Of a stretch of DNA of 64,000 bases, positions 1-8,945 are shown in pieces. A program made the position numbers and the translations under genes. The number at the start of each line of letters is the position of its first letter. The first letter of the stretch is position 1. The DNA is from a virus. The notes below the pieces were generated by a model. It was not told the origin of the DNA and did not search any database. It was given only the letters and a program-made list of their open reading frames with translations. The stretch covers positions 32,001 to 96,000 of the IMG/VR virus record IMGVR_UViG_3300029319_000003. One strand, given 5' to 3'.

Positions 1-402
1 CTCGGCGGCGGCATCAACCGGGGCGGCGTCATCGACAGGCATTTCATCATCAACAGGGGCAGCGTCAGCATCTTCGCCACCCTCAACGGGGGTACCTGTC
101 ACATCGGAAACAGCACCAGCAATTGCATCTACAATCGCAGCGACGGCTTCAGGTGGAACCTCTTTAGCAGCGGCTTCACCGTCTCCAGCAGGTGCGGCTT
201 CGGCGGCGGGGTCTTCAGCAGCCATTGGATCTTCCGCAGCAGCGGGGTCTTCCATAGCAGCAGGATCCTCGACGGGAGCCTCCTCTTCCTCTTCTTCGAA
301 CATAGCCTGATTGCTATCGAAGTAGTTTTCAGTCAGGGCTCCGATGTTCGCCAACTTCATGAATCGACGGATGGTGCCTTCGTTTAGTGTTTTCTTAGCC
401 AT
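1..402 (-). CDS. Acidic low-complexity protein, candidate internal head protein (runs off the window; not in the ORF track)
   Basis: Manual translation from ATG at 402 (AGGAGA RBS upstream): MAKKTLNEGTIRRFMKLANIGALTENYFDSNQAMFEEEEEEAPVEDPAAMEDPAAAEDPM..., open to position 1. ACTATTTA box at 458-465. Confidence 0.8.
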   Translation of the reverse strand, partial: MAKKTLNEGTIRRFMKLANIGALTENYFDSNQAMFEEEEEEAPVEDPAAMEDPAAAEDPMAAEDPAAEAAPAGDGEAAAKEVPPEAVAAIVDAIAGAVSDVTGTPVEGGEDADAAPVDDEMPVDDAAPVDAAAE

Positions 403-457
403 TTTGTAATTTCTCCTACATCACAAGTGTTTTGCCATAAGCGGCATTTTACGATAT

Positions 458-465
458 TAAATAGT
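458..465 (-). promoter_or_regulatory. Candidate phage late promoter box ACTATTTA
   Basis: The same octamer recurs upstream of many virion genes; here 55 nt upstream of the ATG at 402. Confidence 0.6.
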
Positions 466-502
466 TCCGTTATTTGGAAAAGAAACAAAGAATCGACAAC
501 TT

Positions 503-760
503 TTACTCATAATCAACCAGTCGCTTTCTCAGTTTATCCTTTGCGGCGTCCTCGATTTGCTTAATTCTTACAAAACTGACGCCCTCGCGTTTTGCAATTT
601 CTCTCAACGTCATCTCGCCATGCTTCTCTACTGCAATGTTTGTGCAGTTCAAATCTTCTTCATAATCAATCCACATGCGGCAAGTTTTATTGGGGCATGA
701 CACCTCATACCCCTTGCAGGCGGCAACGCAACTCTTGTACTTCTCTTCTGTTTTGCTCAT
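503..760 (-). CDS. Stand-alone sigma-70 region-4-like HTH protein with Cys-rich N-terminus
   Basis: MTLREIAKREGVSFVRIKQIEDAAKDKLRKRL matches the sigma region 4.2 pattern (TLxEI...SxxRVxQIExxAxxKLR); five Cys in the N-terminal half. Confidence 0.75.
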   Translation of the reverse strand: MSKTEEKYKSCVAACKGYEVSCPNKTCRMWIDYEEDLNCTNIAVEKHGEMTLREIAKREGVSFVRIKQIEDAAKDKLRKRLVDYE

Positions 761-1080
761 AGGTCTGGATGTTCCTTTTCTAAAATATCAAAAATATCTT
801 CTATCTCTTGTTCGTTTAGCGCGAACTGACTTTTTGTAGATTCTGCGCCTTCTGTCTCTTCGCGCCAAATCTTTCTTTGACGATTGCTTCCAGAATTGGA
901 CTCTTCACGGGTCGAGTGAATAAACTCCATAATCAGCGGATTGTCAGACAAATACCCGCCGACAATAGTTCTAAAGAAATCGCTTTGTGTCATTCCATCG
1001 TATTGCAATTTCACACGAAGATCCGCATGCCGCTTCGTTGAGTCGTAAAATACAACTTTCTTTTTACTTTCTTGCGTCAC
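757..1080 (-). CDS. Hypothetical protein
   Basis: 107-aa ORF with 4-nt overlaps to both neighbours. Confidence 0.75.
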   Translation of the reverse strand: MTQESKKKVVFYDSTKRHADLRVKLQYDGMTQSDFFRTIVGGYLSDNPLIMEFIHSTREESNSGSNRQRKIWREETEGAESTKSQFALNEQEIEDIFDILEKEHPDL

Positions 1081-2108
1081 CCTTTGTCTCCCAAGATATG
1101 TGGGCGACTCTCCGTAACACTTGCTGGGGATTGTCTTACAAATCTTGCTTTCGCCTGAAGTTCAGCAATGCTCCTCGCGCCGGAATACGAAAGACCCGAC
1201 CGGACGCCTCGACTCAGCCGATCAACAACACCCCTAACCGGACCCTTGAAGTCAACTGTTGTCGTCACACCCTCAAGCGATGAGGCATGACCTCGCCAGT
1301 CATTCTGAGCGTCCTCTGAAGCCATACCACGATACACCTTTTTACGAACCGTGTTGTTGTAAGAGTGCAATAGGTCGCCGGGTGTTTCGACGGTGCCAGC
1401 CAAAAGAGATCCAACCATCACCACATCAGCGCCGGCTGCGAGCGCTTTGACAATATCTCCAGATGATCGAATACCCCCATCTGCAATGATGGGCACATCG
1501 CGATCTGTCTTTGCACATTCAAAAATTGTGTGCAGTCCCGGCAAACCGTGACCAGTTTGCACACGGGTAGAGCAAATGGAGCCACCGCCAATGTTGCAAC
1601 GAACAGAGTCTGCCCCCCAATCAGCAAGAGCATTGAACCCTTCCAGTGTAGCCACGTTTCCAGCCATGATATGAACATGCTCCCCAAATGAACCTCGCAA
1701 GACCTGCAAAGCCTTTCGGACATTTTCATGATGACCATGAGCCACGTCAACACACAGCACGCGACAGCCCGCGTCAAGCAGGGCAGTTGCACGCTCAAGA
1801 TAGTCGCCGGTGACACCGACCGCAGCACCAACTACCGCGAGGGTTCCATTTTTACGCTTAACCTCTTTGACCATTTCAGCCTGTCTTTCAATTGAATTAT
1901 ACCGATGCAAAATTCCAAGACCGCCCAACTTATTCATCTCCATTGCCATCGAGCCTTCCGTAACTGTGTCCATCGGGCTTGAAATAATTGGAATCTCCAA
2001 TTTGAGATGAGCGCCCATATCTACAGAAATATCAATTTCTGAACGGCTGGAAATATCACTGTACTGTGGCTCAAGCAGTACATCATCGTAACTCAGTGTT
2101 TCTTTCAT
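1077..2108 (-). CDS. IMP dehydrogenase / GMP reductase family protein, no CBS subdomain
   Basis: [43 protein letters not shown] (catalytic Cys), [27 protein letters not shown]. Confidence 0.92.
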   Translation of the reverse strand: MKETLSYDDVLLEPQYSDISSRSEIDISVDMGAHLKLEIPIISSPMDTVTEGSMAMEMNKLGGLGILHRYNSIERQAEMVKEVKRKNGTLAVVGAAVGVTGDYLERATALLDAGCRVLCVDVAHGHHENVRKALQVLRGSFGEHVHIMAGNVATLEGFNALADWGADSVRCNIGGGSICSTRVQTGHGLPGLHTIFECAKTDRDVPIIADGGIRSSGDIVKALAAGADVVMVGSLLAGTVETPGDLLHSYNNTVRKKVYRGMASEDAQNDWRGHASSLEGVTTTVDFKGPVRGVVDRLSRGVRSGLSYSGARSIAELQAKARFVRQSPASVTESRPHILGDKG

Positions 2109-2109
2109 T

Positions 2110-2436
2110 CTATCCCTCTTCTTTCTTCTTTGCAGTGCGACGGGTACGACGCTTTGGTTCTGGCTCGGGTTCTGGCTCGGGTTCTGGCTCGGGTTCTGGT
2201 ACCGGCTCAGGGGCGGGCTGCGGTTCTTGTGGTTGTTGGTTGGACTTCTGAAGGTTCATCAACATCCCTTCAGTCTCCTGCGCCCGTAGTAGTTCAGCAA
2301 CCAAATCATAAATTCTTTCTTGCTGTTCGGGAGAGCCATCCACTGGTTCCTCCAGTAAACTTACAAGGGCTGAAAGAGCCGTTGTTCCCCGATGGGTTGT
2401 ATATTTTCTCATAACGTCAAGTAAATTAGCATTCAT
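2110..2436 (-). CDS. Hypothetical protein with (EP)n linker and basic tail
   Basis: Start moved to ATG 2436 (GAGG RBS, just after the dam stop); PEPEPEPEPEPEPKRRTRRTAKKK. Confidence 0.7.
   Translation of the reverse strand: MNANLLDVMRKYTTHRGTTALSALVSLLEEPVDGSPEQQERIYDLVAELLRAQETEGMLMNLQKSNQQPQEPQPAPEPVPEPEPEPEPEPEPEPKRRTRRTAKKKEEG
2156..2199. repeat. 12-bp tandem repeat (GGTTCTGGCTCG x about 3.7), coding EPEP
   Basis: Visible at 2156-2167, 2168-2179, 2180-2191, partial to 2199. Confidence 0.9.
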
Positions 2437-2446
2437 TTTGTTTTCC

Positions 2447-2938
2447 TCATTTTTGCATAGTGCCAAACACCTGTGGCTTGGCTCGATCATATTTAGTTTT
2501 GTCTCCGTCAAATACCACTACTGCTGAAGGGAAAGGAGCAGAATTCTTGCCCTCACCAAACTTAAGCCTGCCTTTGATAAAGTACACCTCGCTCGCCTTC
2601 ATGACATATTGGTGCCAGTACTTTGTATCTGTCCTTGCAGGAATCAACATGACAACTCTTGTGTCTGCATACTTGCCAGATTCATACGCTTTTTTAATCC
2701 ACTTATCAATTCCACGACCATACGGAGGATTAACAAAGACAACATTGCCGAGCCAGTCTTGATCCAGCCCATTGTCTTTCACAGTGTAAAACCTTGCACA
2801 CTTGGCGTTGTCTGCGTTTGCACATGGGTCGAGAGTAAACGGTCCAAACCTCCAGTTGAGTTTGTCAAAAAAATCTTGTGGGGTTGCCCACTCACCAGTA
2901 GCACTGGAAAACATAATCTTTTGTGTTGCTGTGTTCAC
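2447..2938 (-). CDS. dam: Phage DNA N6-adenine methyltransferase (T1/HP1 Dam-like)
   Basis: EWATPQDFF, FTLDPCA, VFVNPPY (motif IV), LIPARTDTKYW, FIKGRLKF, SAPFPS. Confidence 0.9.
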   Translation of the reverse strand: MNTATQKIMFSSATGEWATPQDFFDKLNWRFGPFTLDPCANADNAKCARFYTVKDNGLDQDWLGNVVFVNPPYGRGIDKWIKKAYESGKYADTRVVMLIPARTDTKYWHQYVMKASEVYFIKGRLKFGEGKNSAPFPSAVVVFDGDKTKYDRAKPQVFGTMQK

Positions 2939-3393
2939 TTGTCTGTACTCCCCAGAGCGCCGTGTCCTCGGTCGCTAATTGTGATTGAACTCCAGCCATA
3001 AAGGTTGTCCGTTGGTGTCTCCATCGCCCGAAAATGCACAACGGGAATCATTACCAACTGTGCAATTTTCGTGCCAACTTCAACAACTTGCGTTACTTGA
3101 CCGACATTGTGCAAATTAATAAAAACCTCGCCGTTGTAGCCTGAATCAATTACATGCGCCCCAACGATAAGGCTTCGCTTTGCAGCAACGCTTGACCGGT
3201 TCTTGACCTCCAACATGTAGCCGTGCGGAACACCGAATTTCAAGCCAGTGGGTAGCACCACGCTGTCACCCGGCAAGATGCGAATTGCATCGCTGTCATC
3301 AGGACAGAAGTATACATCCAGCCCCGCATCGCTTGGATTTGCTCGCGACGGGGGGATAGCCTGTGGTCGAACTCTAAAGTACTCTAGCATCAT
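2935..3393 (-). CDS. dut: Trimeric dUTPase
   Basis: DAGLDV, NRSSVAAK, VIDSGYNGE, KIAQLV, RGHGALGST. Confidence 0.95.
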   Translation of the reverse strand: MMLEYFRVRPQAIPPSRANPSDAGLDVYFCPDDSDAIRILPGDSVVLPTGLKFGVPHGYMLEVKNRSSVAAKRSLIVGAHVIDSGYNGEVFINLHNVGQVTQVVEVGTKIAQLVMIPVVHFRAMETPTDNLYGWSSITISDRGHGALGSTDK

Positions 3394-3817
3394 TTTTTTT
3401 AATCTCCTCTGTGATATATTCTACAACTTCTTGGAAGCCATCGAAAGAAAAAGTATTCCTTCCAAAGTTAGCGATTCGGCAGCAAATCACAATATTGTCT
3501 TTAGAGTAATCGCCGTCGTCATCAATCCGGTCAACACTCAAAGCCAGTGGGTGCCGCTTTTCATAAATCCAATCAGGGTCGAGTGGAATGCCAAACCAAT
3601 AGCATCTCTCCTGCTGCCGGTTATACCAAATGTCCTTTAGATCTTCTTTTGAGATATAAATTTTGGCTGGTTCCCAGTTGCCCGACCATGCTCCATTGCC
3701 CTTCCACCGGTCCATATTTGTTTTTGAAGAAATCTTCCACTCGCCATCCTTAAGAAAAGCGCCACACTGTTTGACATTGCCAAAAAGTTTATTAAATGGA
3801 TCCCTTTGTCGTCCCAT
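3374..3817 (-). CDS. Putative HNH-like endonuclease
   Basis: RCYWFGIPL...LSVDRIDDDGDYSKDNIVICCRIANFGR resembles phage HNH-type nucleases (SxDRID..GY..DN..C...N). Confidence 0.6.
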   Translation of the reverse strand: MGRQRDPFNKLFGNVKQCGAFLKDGEWKISSKTNMDRWKGNGAWSGNWEPAKIYISKEDLKDIWYNRQQERCYWFGIPLDPDWIYEKRHPLALSVDRIDDDGDYSKDNIVICCRIANFGRNTFSFDGFQEVVEYITEEIKKNDARVL

Positions 3818-3820
3818 TTC

Positions 3821-6800
3821 TCACCCTAATAGTTTAAAGTTATACCTGATGGAGCGTGTGCTAAAGCCCCACTTCGGATCATAGTCAAGTTTCGCCATGT
3901 ATGGTTTATTAATATGAACCAAGTCAACACCGGGCTTGACCCCCCAGCATTTAATAGAAGTCATTGTGCTTGTTGAATCTGTTACCCGAACAATCCAATA
4001 CGCTTTACCATTCTTTGTCTTCTTTGGTATAACCTCGCGAGGAACAAACCACGCGACCAACAAGTCTGGATCATAGTTGCCCAACGGTGGGACGGCATGT
4101 CCCTCAAGTTTATCTTGAATGCTGCTGTTTAGCACTAAGTGCATAGGAAACACCCCTGTCAAACTGACAAGATATTCAATCTTTTCCTCAACAGAGAAGT
4201 CTCCTTCAGGCTTGTAGAGGTCAATATTCTCAGCGAACTTTTTCTTGTTCTTTGGTCTGTCAACCGCCACCGCAGACCAAAAGTGCTTGAGTCCGGTGAA
4301 CCTGTCATCCATCAAACAATTCAGCGCCTGCGAACGAGTAAGCACGTCGATAACTCTTTTGTTTAGTTTACTATAAGACACGTCCTCATTAAAGAGAAAA
4401 TCTTCAATATTTTGAAATGGACGATTCGCAATAATCTGTTGAATCGCGGCATCGCCAACCCCCTTGACAGAGGTGAATGGCTGGATAAGTGTTTTATCGT
4501 TTGGTCCAATCTCCCACTCAACACCTGAAGTATTAATGTCTAGCGGCTGAATTCTAAAGCCCATCTTCTTAGCGATATTAATTGCCTTCTCCTTGCGGGA
4601 CTCGGGCTCCTTGTCAAGAAAGGAAGCCATCCACTCAACCGGATAGTAGTTAAACAACCAAGCGCACTGATATGAAAGCATGCTGTACGAAACGGCGTGG
4701 GACTTATTGAAACCATATCCTGAGAAGTATTCAAACTTGTCCCACATGCTATCGGCGTCCGACTTTGAGATACCCTTGTCTTCGCAGCCGGAGACAAACT
4801 TATCATAGATCTTCTTCTTCTCAGAGGCACCTTTGCCAGTGCCCTTCTTTGTGAGAAGTTTACGCAAGAGATTACCCTCGTCCAGACTCAAATCGTCTCC
4901 CAGCAAATGAGCAAGAAGCGCGATCTGCTCTTGGAAAATCAGGAACCCGTGAGTCTCTTCAGTGACGCTCCGCACAGTATCATTAAGATACTTAACCATA
5001 GTGTGATTGACCTTGGCATTAACATAGTGCTTGTCAACACCCGCCGACAAAGGACCGGGACGGAAGATTGACGTAATAGCAGCAATGTCAATAATGCTTT
5101 CTGGCTTCGCGCTTACGCAGAACTTTTGTGCGCCGGGTTCAGTGAACTGGAAAATGCCAGCCCACCGACCTTTGTGAAAAACATTCTTAAATACATTCTG
5201 GTCATTAAAGTCAATGGTGTCTGGATGGAGCCTTTCGTTGTAGAACTTTCGCACCTGCTCAAATGTCGGCTCTTCAATATTGTGATGCCGCTTGAGGATA
5301 TGACGAATAGCAGTTTCAATCATACGCAGCGTACCAAGCCCAAGAATATCAAACTTAATAAACCCCATTGGCTCCAAGTGGCGAACATTCTGCCCCTCTG
5401 ACCAAGGCGTCTGGCGCACACCACCAGAATTAATCAGCGGCATACGAGTATCAAGATCCTCGCCAACAACAATGCCGCCGGCATGTCGGGAGCAACTGCG
5501 TACTTGTCCGTACAGGGCGTTAATATGCTCTTTAATATGCGGATACTTCTTCAAGAACGCGCCGAGTGATTCGCTAAACTCCATAACCTCTTCAAAGGTG
5601 GGGTTATAGACACCAGCAGTAATGCCATGCTTCTTCTTCGCCTTGGGCGTTGCCTCATGCAACATGCGCGAAGTTACTTGATTGACCTCAGTAAAAGGAA
5701 TTCGATAGAACTTTGAAATATCTTTAATCAACGACCGCAACTGGAGAGTGTTCCAGTTAGAGATCGGCACCACGCGGCTTTCGCCCCACTCCTGTGAAAG
5801 AATCTCTTTGAGCACCATCGGATCAGACACATCGTAATCAATGTCTGGGTAATCCTTTGCATCAGCCCGCAAGAACCGACTAAACAGCAGTCCATATTTA
5901 ATCGGATCGACCTGCGTGATGCCCAACACATAAGCAACCAGTGAGCCAGCGGCAGATCCGCGACCGGGACCAGCGAGTTGAATTTCTGTTGCCTTGTCGG
6001 CAATCGCCTTCATAGTCAAGAAATACTTGCTGAACCCTCGATCATCAATAACCTGCAACTCACTGCGAAGCCTCTGGATGTATTCGTCGTCCTCCATCTT
6101 TGTCGGGAGTTTTTCACGCATGCCATCCAGACACATCGCTGTCAGTGCCTGTGTCGCGGTCTTGCCCGGTGGCACAACAAAATCAGGAAGGCGAACTTCA
6201 TTGTCAGGAAGGAACGAATCGATACGCTCATGAGCAATCGTGTGAGTTTCAACCAATGACTGACGAATCAGATCATCGTCATATTCAACGCCCGCTCCTT
6301 CCGAATAGTGCTTATATGCTTTCCACATTTCTTCACCATTCTTCGGGTACAACTCATAACCAACCTCATCCACATCAACGGGCAAGTCTGTTGCCATTTC
6401 AAGGTTTTTGCCAAGCCAACCCAACTTCTTGTACAGCAACCTATCCTTCCAAGCGGTCTGGCTCGGATAATGACTGTCGGCAGTAGAAACAAGCGGGATG
6501 CCAAACTCTTGGTGCATCTGGATCACATATTTATTTAATTCATGCTGCTCCGGCACTGCGTTCCACTGGAGTTCCCCATACCAGCGGTCACCAAACACTT
6601 CAATCATCTGCCGGGTGGTTTCGCGCATCGCCTCTAGAATCGCTTCTGAGCCGTCCTCGCGGTTGTCCCACATGTTACCAGCATAAACACCGCCGAGGCA
6701 GGCTGACATGGCAATGATGCCCTCGCTGTGCTCCTTCAGCATCGCATAGTCCATGCGTGGGAACCGATAGAAGTTATCGCCCTCATAGGACTCGGAAATC

Positions 6801-7231
6801 AATTTAAAAATGTTCTCAAGCCCAGTCTGGTTCTGCGCCAAAAGAATAAGGTGGCTACGCTTCTTAATCTTATCCTTGGCAGAGCGATCTTCGTCTTCGA
6901 CCACCGTACCAGCAGAGCCTTGCTTTTTAATTTTTTGCGCTTGCTTCTTGTTCTCTTGTGCCTCTTCGTAGTCCCGTGACCACTGCTCAAGGTTTGGATG
7001 AAAATACGCCTCGACGCCGAAGATAGGTTTGAAGTCTTTGCCTTCCGCTTTCATCTTCTTTGCGTGCAAGACCTGATAAGCCAAGCCGTTACAGTTGCCG
7101 TGATCAGTCAGCGCCAGCGCATCCATACCGTTTTCATATGCAAAGTCCATATGCTCGCCGGGATAGCCAAGACCATCGAACGGAGAGCCCGCAACGCTAT
7201 GGGCGTGGAGCCCAACAAAAGGAATCTTCAT
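3821..7231 (-). CDS. dnaE: DNA polymerase III alpha subunit (family C)
   Basis: PHP domain (LHAHS, LTDHG, GVEAY, TADSHY), GPGRGSAAGSL, PDIDYD catalytic aspartates, RHAGG, KFDILGL, YGFNKSHA. Confidence 0.97.
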   Translation of the reverse strand: MKIPFVGLHAHSVAGSPFDGLGYPGEHMDFAYENGMDALALTDHGNCNGLAYQVLHAKKMKAEGKDFKPIFGVEAYFHPNLEQWSRDYEEAQENKKQAQKIKKQGSAGTVVEDEDRSAKDKIKKRSHLILLAQNQTGLENIFKLISESYEGDNFYRFPRMDYAMLKEHSEGIIAMSACLGGVYAGNMWDNREDGSEAILEAMRETTRQMIEVFGDRWYGELQWNAVPEQHELNKYVIQMHQEFGIPLVSTADSHYPSQTAWKDRLLYKKLGWLGKNLEMATDLPVDVDEVGYELYPKNGEEMWKAYKHYSEGAGVEYDDDLIRQSLVETHTIAHERIDSFLPDNEVRLPDFVVPPGKTATQALTAMCLDGMREKLPTKMEDDEYIQRLRSELQVIDDRGFSKYFLTMKAIADKATEIQLAGPGRGSAAGSLVAYVLGITQVDPIKYGLLFSRFLRADAKDYPDIDYDVSDPMVLKEILSQEWGESRVVPISNWNTLQLRSLIKDISKFYRIPFTEVNQVTSRMLHEATPKAKKKHGITAGVYNPTFEEVMEFSESLGAFLKKYPHIKEHINALYGQVRSCSRHAGGIVVGEDLDTRMPLINSGGVRQTPWSEGQNVRHLEPMGFIKFDILGLGTLRMIETAIRHILKRHHNIEEPTFEQVRKFYNERLHPDTIDFNDQNVFKNVFHKGRWAGIFQFTEPGAQKFCVSAKPESIIDIAAITSIFRPGPLSAGVDKHYVNAKVNHTMVKYLNDTVRSVTEETHGFLIFQEQIALLAHLLGDDLSLDEGNLLRKLLTKKGTGKGASEKKKIYDKFVSGCEDKGISKSDADSMWDKFEYFSGYGFNKSHAVSYSMLSYQCAWLFNYYPVEWMASFLDKEPESRKEKAINIAKKMGFRIQPLDINTSGVEWEIGPNDKTLIQPFTSVKGVGDAAIQQIIANRPFQNIEDFLFNEDVSYSKLNKRVIDVLTRSQALNCLMDDRFTGLKHFWSAVAVDRPKNKKKFAENIDLYKPEGDFSVEEKIEYLVSLTGVFPMHLVLNSSIQDKLEGHAVPPLGNYDPDLLVAWFVPREVIPKKTKNGKAYWIVRVTDSTSTMTSIKCWGVKPGVDLVHINKPYMAKLDYDPKWGFSTRSIRYNFKLLG

Positions 7232-7863
7232 AGTGCAATCTCTCCCTTCTCAAACATGTCCATGAGTTCTGATAATGTTAATTTAACACCTTTTACCAAA
7301 ATATGCAAGTCCAAATCGTGAGAAACTTCAAAAATTTCTTTAAGAGAGATGGAAATCGAATCGCGTGGAATACGACGACCGATAGTCTCATACATTTCAA
7401 AGACTACCATAGCCTCTTCCTGCTTTTTAGCAATCAGGTTTTTCTTAATACTTTCGACCGACCTCGGAGCATCCACATACACAAGCAGTACTGGTTCTGG
7501 ATCCAAATACCGATGAATGTGAAATCCAAAAGCATCATATTTCATCACAGCCTCGCGTCGAACTGGATCATTCTGCTTGTCAAACTGAAAGTTCACGCAA
7601 TCCTTAAGGCGCAGGTGGTGGATAGTCTTCTTGGGAGTCACCTTGCAAGACTTAAACTCAATCTGCTGAAACTGTTTGGATGTGGCATCGGCACCGTGAC
7701 GACCAGTGAGGCGCTCAATCGAGGGATTAAAATTCTTTTTTACTTGTGCAATTGCACCAATCTCACGAAAAGAATAATTATCTATAGGGTTCTCGCCAGT
7801 CTGTTCATGATATTGCCGCAAGCACTCAAACGCCTTTGATAGCAGTTGATCAGAGTTTTGCAT
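7228..7863 (-). CDS. Hypothetical protein, possible PD-(D/E)xK nuclease
   Basis: GADAT...QIEFKSC resembles a D...ExK catalytic core; 211 aa, overlaps the dnaE start. Confidence 0.45.
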   Translation of the reverse strand: MQNSDQLLSKAFECLRQYHEQTGENPIDNYSFREIGAIAQVKKNFNPSIERLTGRHGADATSKQFQQIEFKSCKVTPKKTIHHLRLKDCVNFQFDKQNDPVRREAVMKYDAFGFHIHRYLDPEPVLLVYVDAPRSVESIKKNLIAKKQEEAMVVFEMYETIGRRIPRDSISISLKEIFEVSHDLDLHILVKGVKLTLSELMDMFEKGEIAL

Positions 7864-8083
7864 TCGTCACTTCCTTTACCGTCTCTTTCATTTCGGATAC
7901 AAGGTCTGACATTTCTTCCGTCAACCTCGCAACTTCTTCAACACTCTCATCATAGCGTATTTCAAGCAGCGCGTCAACAAAAATCTTCTGATCAACTGTT
8001 AATTGATAATAGTGCAGGGGAAAGCCGGCGAAATCTTTAATGTGCAAAGGTAGTTTTTCATAATAATCAATCGTCTTCATCAT
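7850..8083 (-). CDS. Hypothetical protein
   Basis: 77-aa ORF in the contiguous minus-strand run. Confidence 0.65.
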   Translation of the reverse strand: MMKTIDYYEKLPLHIKDFAGFPLHYYQLTVDQKIFVDALLEIRYDESVEEVARLTEEMSDLVSEMKETVKEVTNAKL

Positions 8084-8945
8084 CCTGCCCTATTGGGTTC
8101 CATTCGTGATACTCCAACCAATCTGGACGAGTCATTTCGTTCACATCGTTGGAGCCTATATATGTTTTATATCCTTGCCAGTCATCAATTTGGTGATACC
8201 AATCGACTTGGGCAGAATTTGCAGTAGTGAGATCAAGCCCCTCAAACACCACGTCAAGCGGGAAGAAACGGGCTGAGTAGCGTTCATGCAGTGGAAGCCT
8301 CTTGCCGTCGTCGCCAAGGAGCACACTTCCTTTCTCCCTTACGATCTGACGGCATCGCTTAAAATCCTCTCCATCAAACGTGAATCCCAAATACTTACCT
8401 AACTTAACCGACTCACCGGCGTGTGTCAAGTAAAATTTTTCTTTACTAGAAATTTTTGTGCGATGCTCTCGCACCGACTCTATCGGGTACACTCCATAGG
8501 GAAACGCCGTATAATACTTGTCGGGAATAACCCACTTGCTCATCTTTCGACTAATGTGATATGCCGACAGTGCGCCATACAACACGCTCCAGCCCAAGCA
8601 ATCTCGCTTGTATCGATCTTTAGGATGTATGGGAACATAAAAAATAGGGACTCGGCGCTTTCGTTCAGCCGGGTATGGTCCCTGTCCCAATGAAGCGGGA
8701 TCGTACACCCACTCTCCAAGCCGGTGACGAATCAGCGGTTGCATATCCTTGTGGCAGACAATCCATATTGTCTCGCATCCTGCGGCAGCGCACTCACAAA
8801 CGGCTCGCTCGACAGCCAAGTAATCAACTGACAAAGGCATCAGCGAATCATGCCACGGAAACTTGAACTCCAACTCCTGACCGGCAACAGGAACAATGCC
8901 AGCCAAATGAAATGCGTTAGTGTTTTGTGCGCCAGTTTCAATCAT
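8067..8945 (-). CDS. Divergent sugar-phosphate nucleotidyltransferase-like (GalU/RmlA fold) protein
   Basis: GIVPVAG, SLMPL, AVERAVCECAAAGCETIWIV parallel GalU IPAAG, EMLPI, VVEEAVAAGIEDIIIV; the GxGTR and PK catalytic residues are absent. Confidence 0.6.
   Translation of the reverse strand: MIETGAQNTNAFHLAGIVPVAGQELEFKFPWHDSLMPLSVDYLAVERAVCECAAAGCETIWIVCHKDMQPLIRHRLGEWVYDPASLGQGPYPAERKRRVPIFYVPIHPKDRYKRDCLGWSVLYGALSAYHISRKMSKWVIPDKYYTAFPYGVYPIESVREHRTKISSKEKFYLTHAGESVKLGKYLGFTFDGEDFKRCRQIVREKGSVLLGDDGKRLPLHERYSARFFPLDVVFEGLDLTTANSAQVDWYHQIDDWQGYKTYIGSNDVNEMTRPDWLEYHEWNPIGQDDEDD

Noticed and set aside
1077-3393. Hypermodified or Z-base genome pathway suggested by the purine enzyme, Dam and dUTPase
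   Set aside because: No PurZ, dATPase, queuosine-pathway or hydroxymethylase genes recognised in the window.
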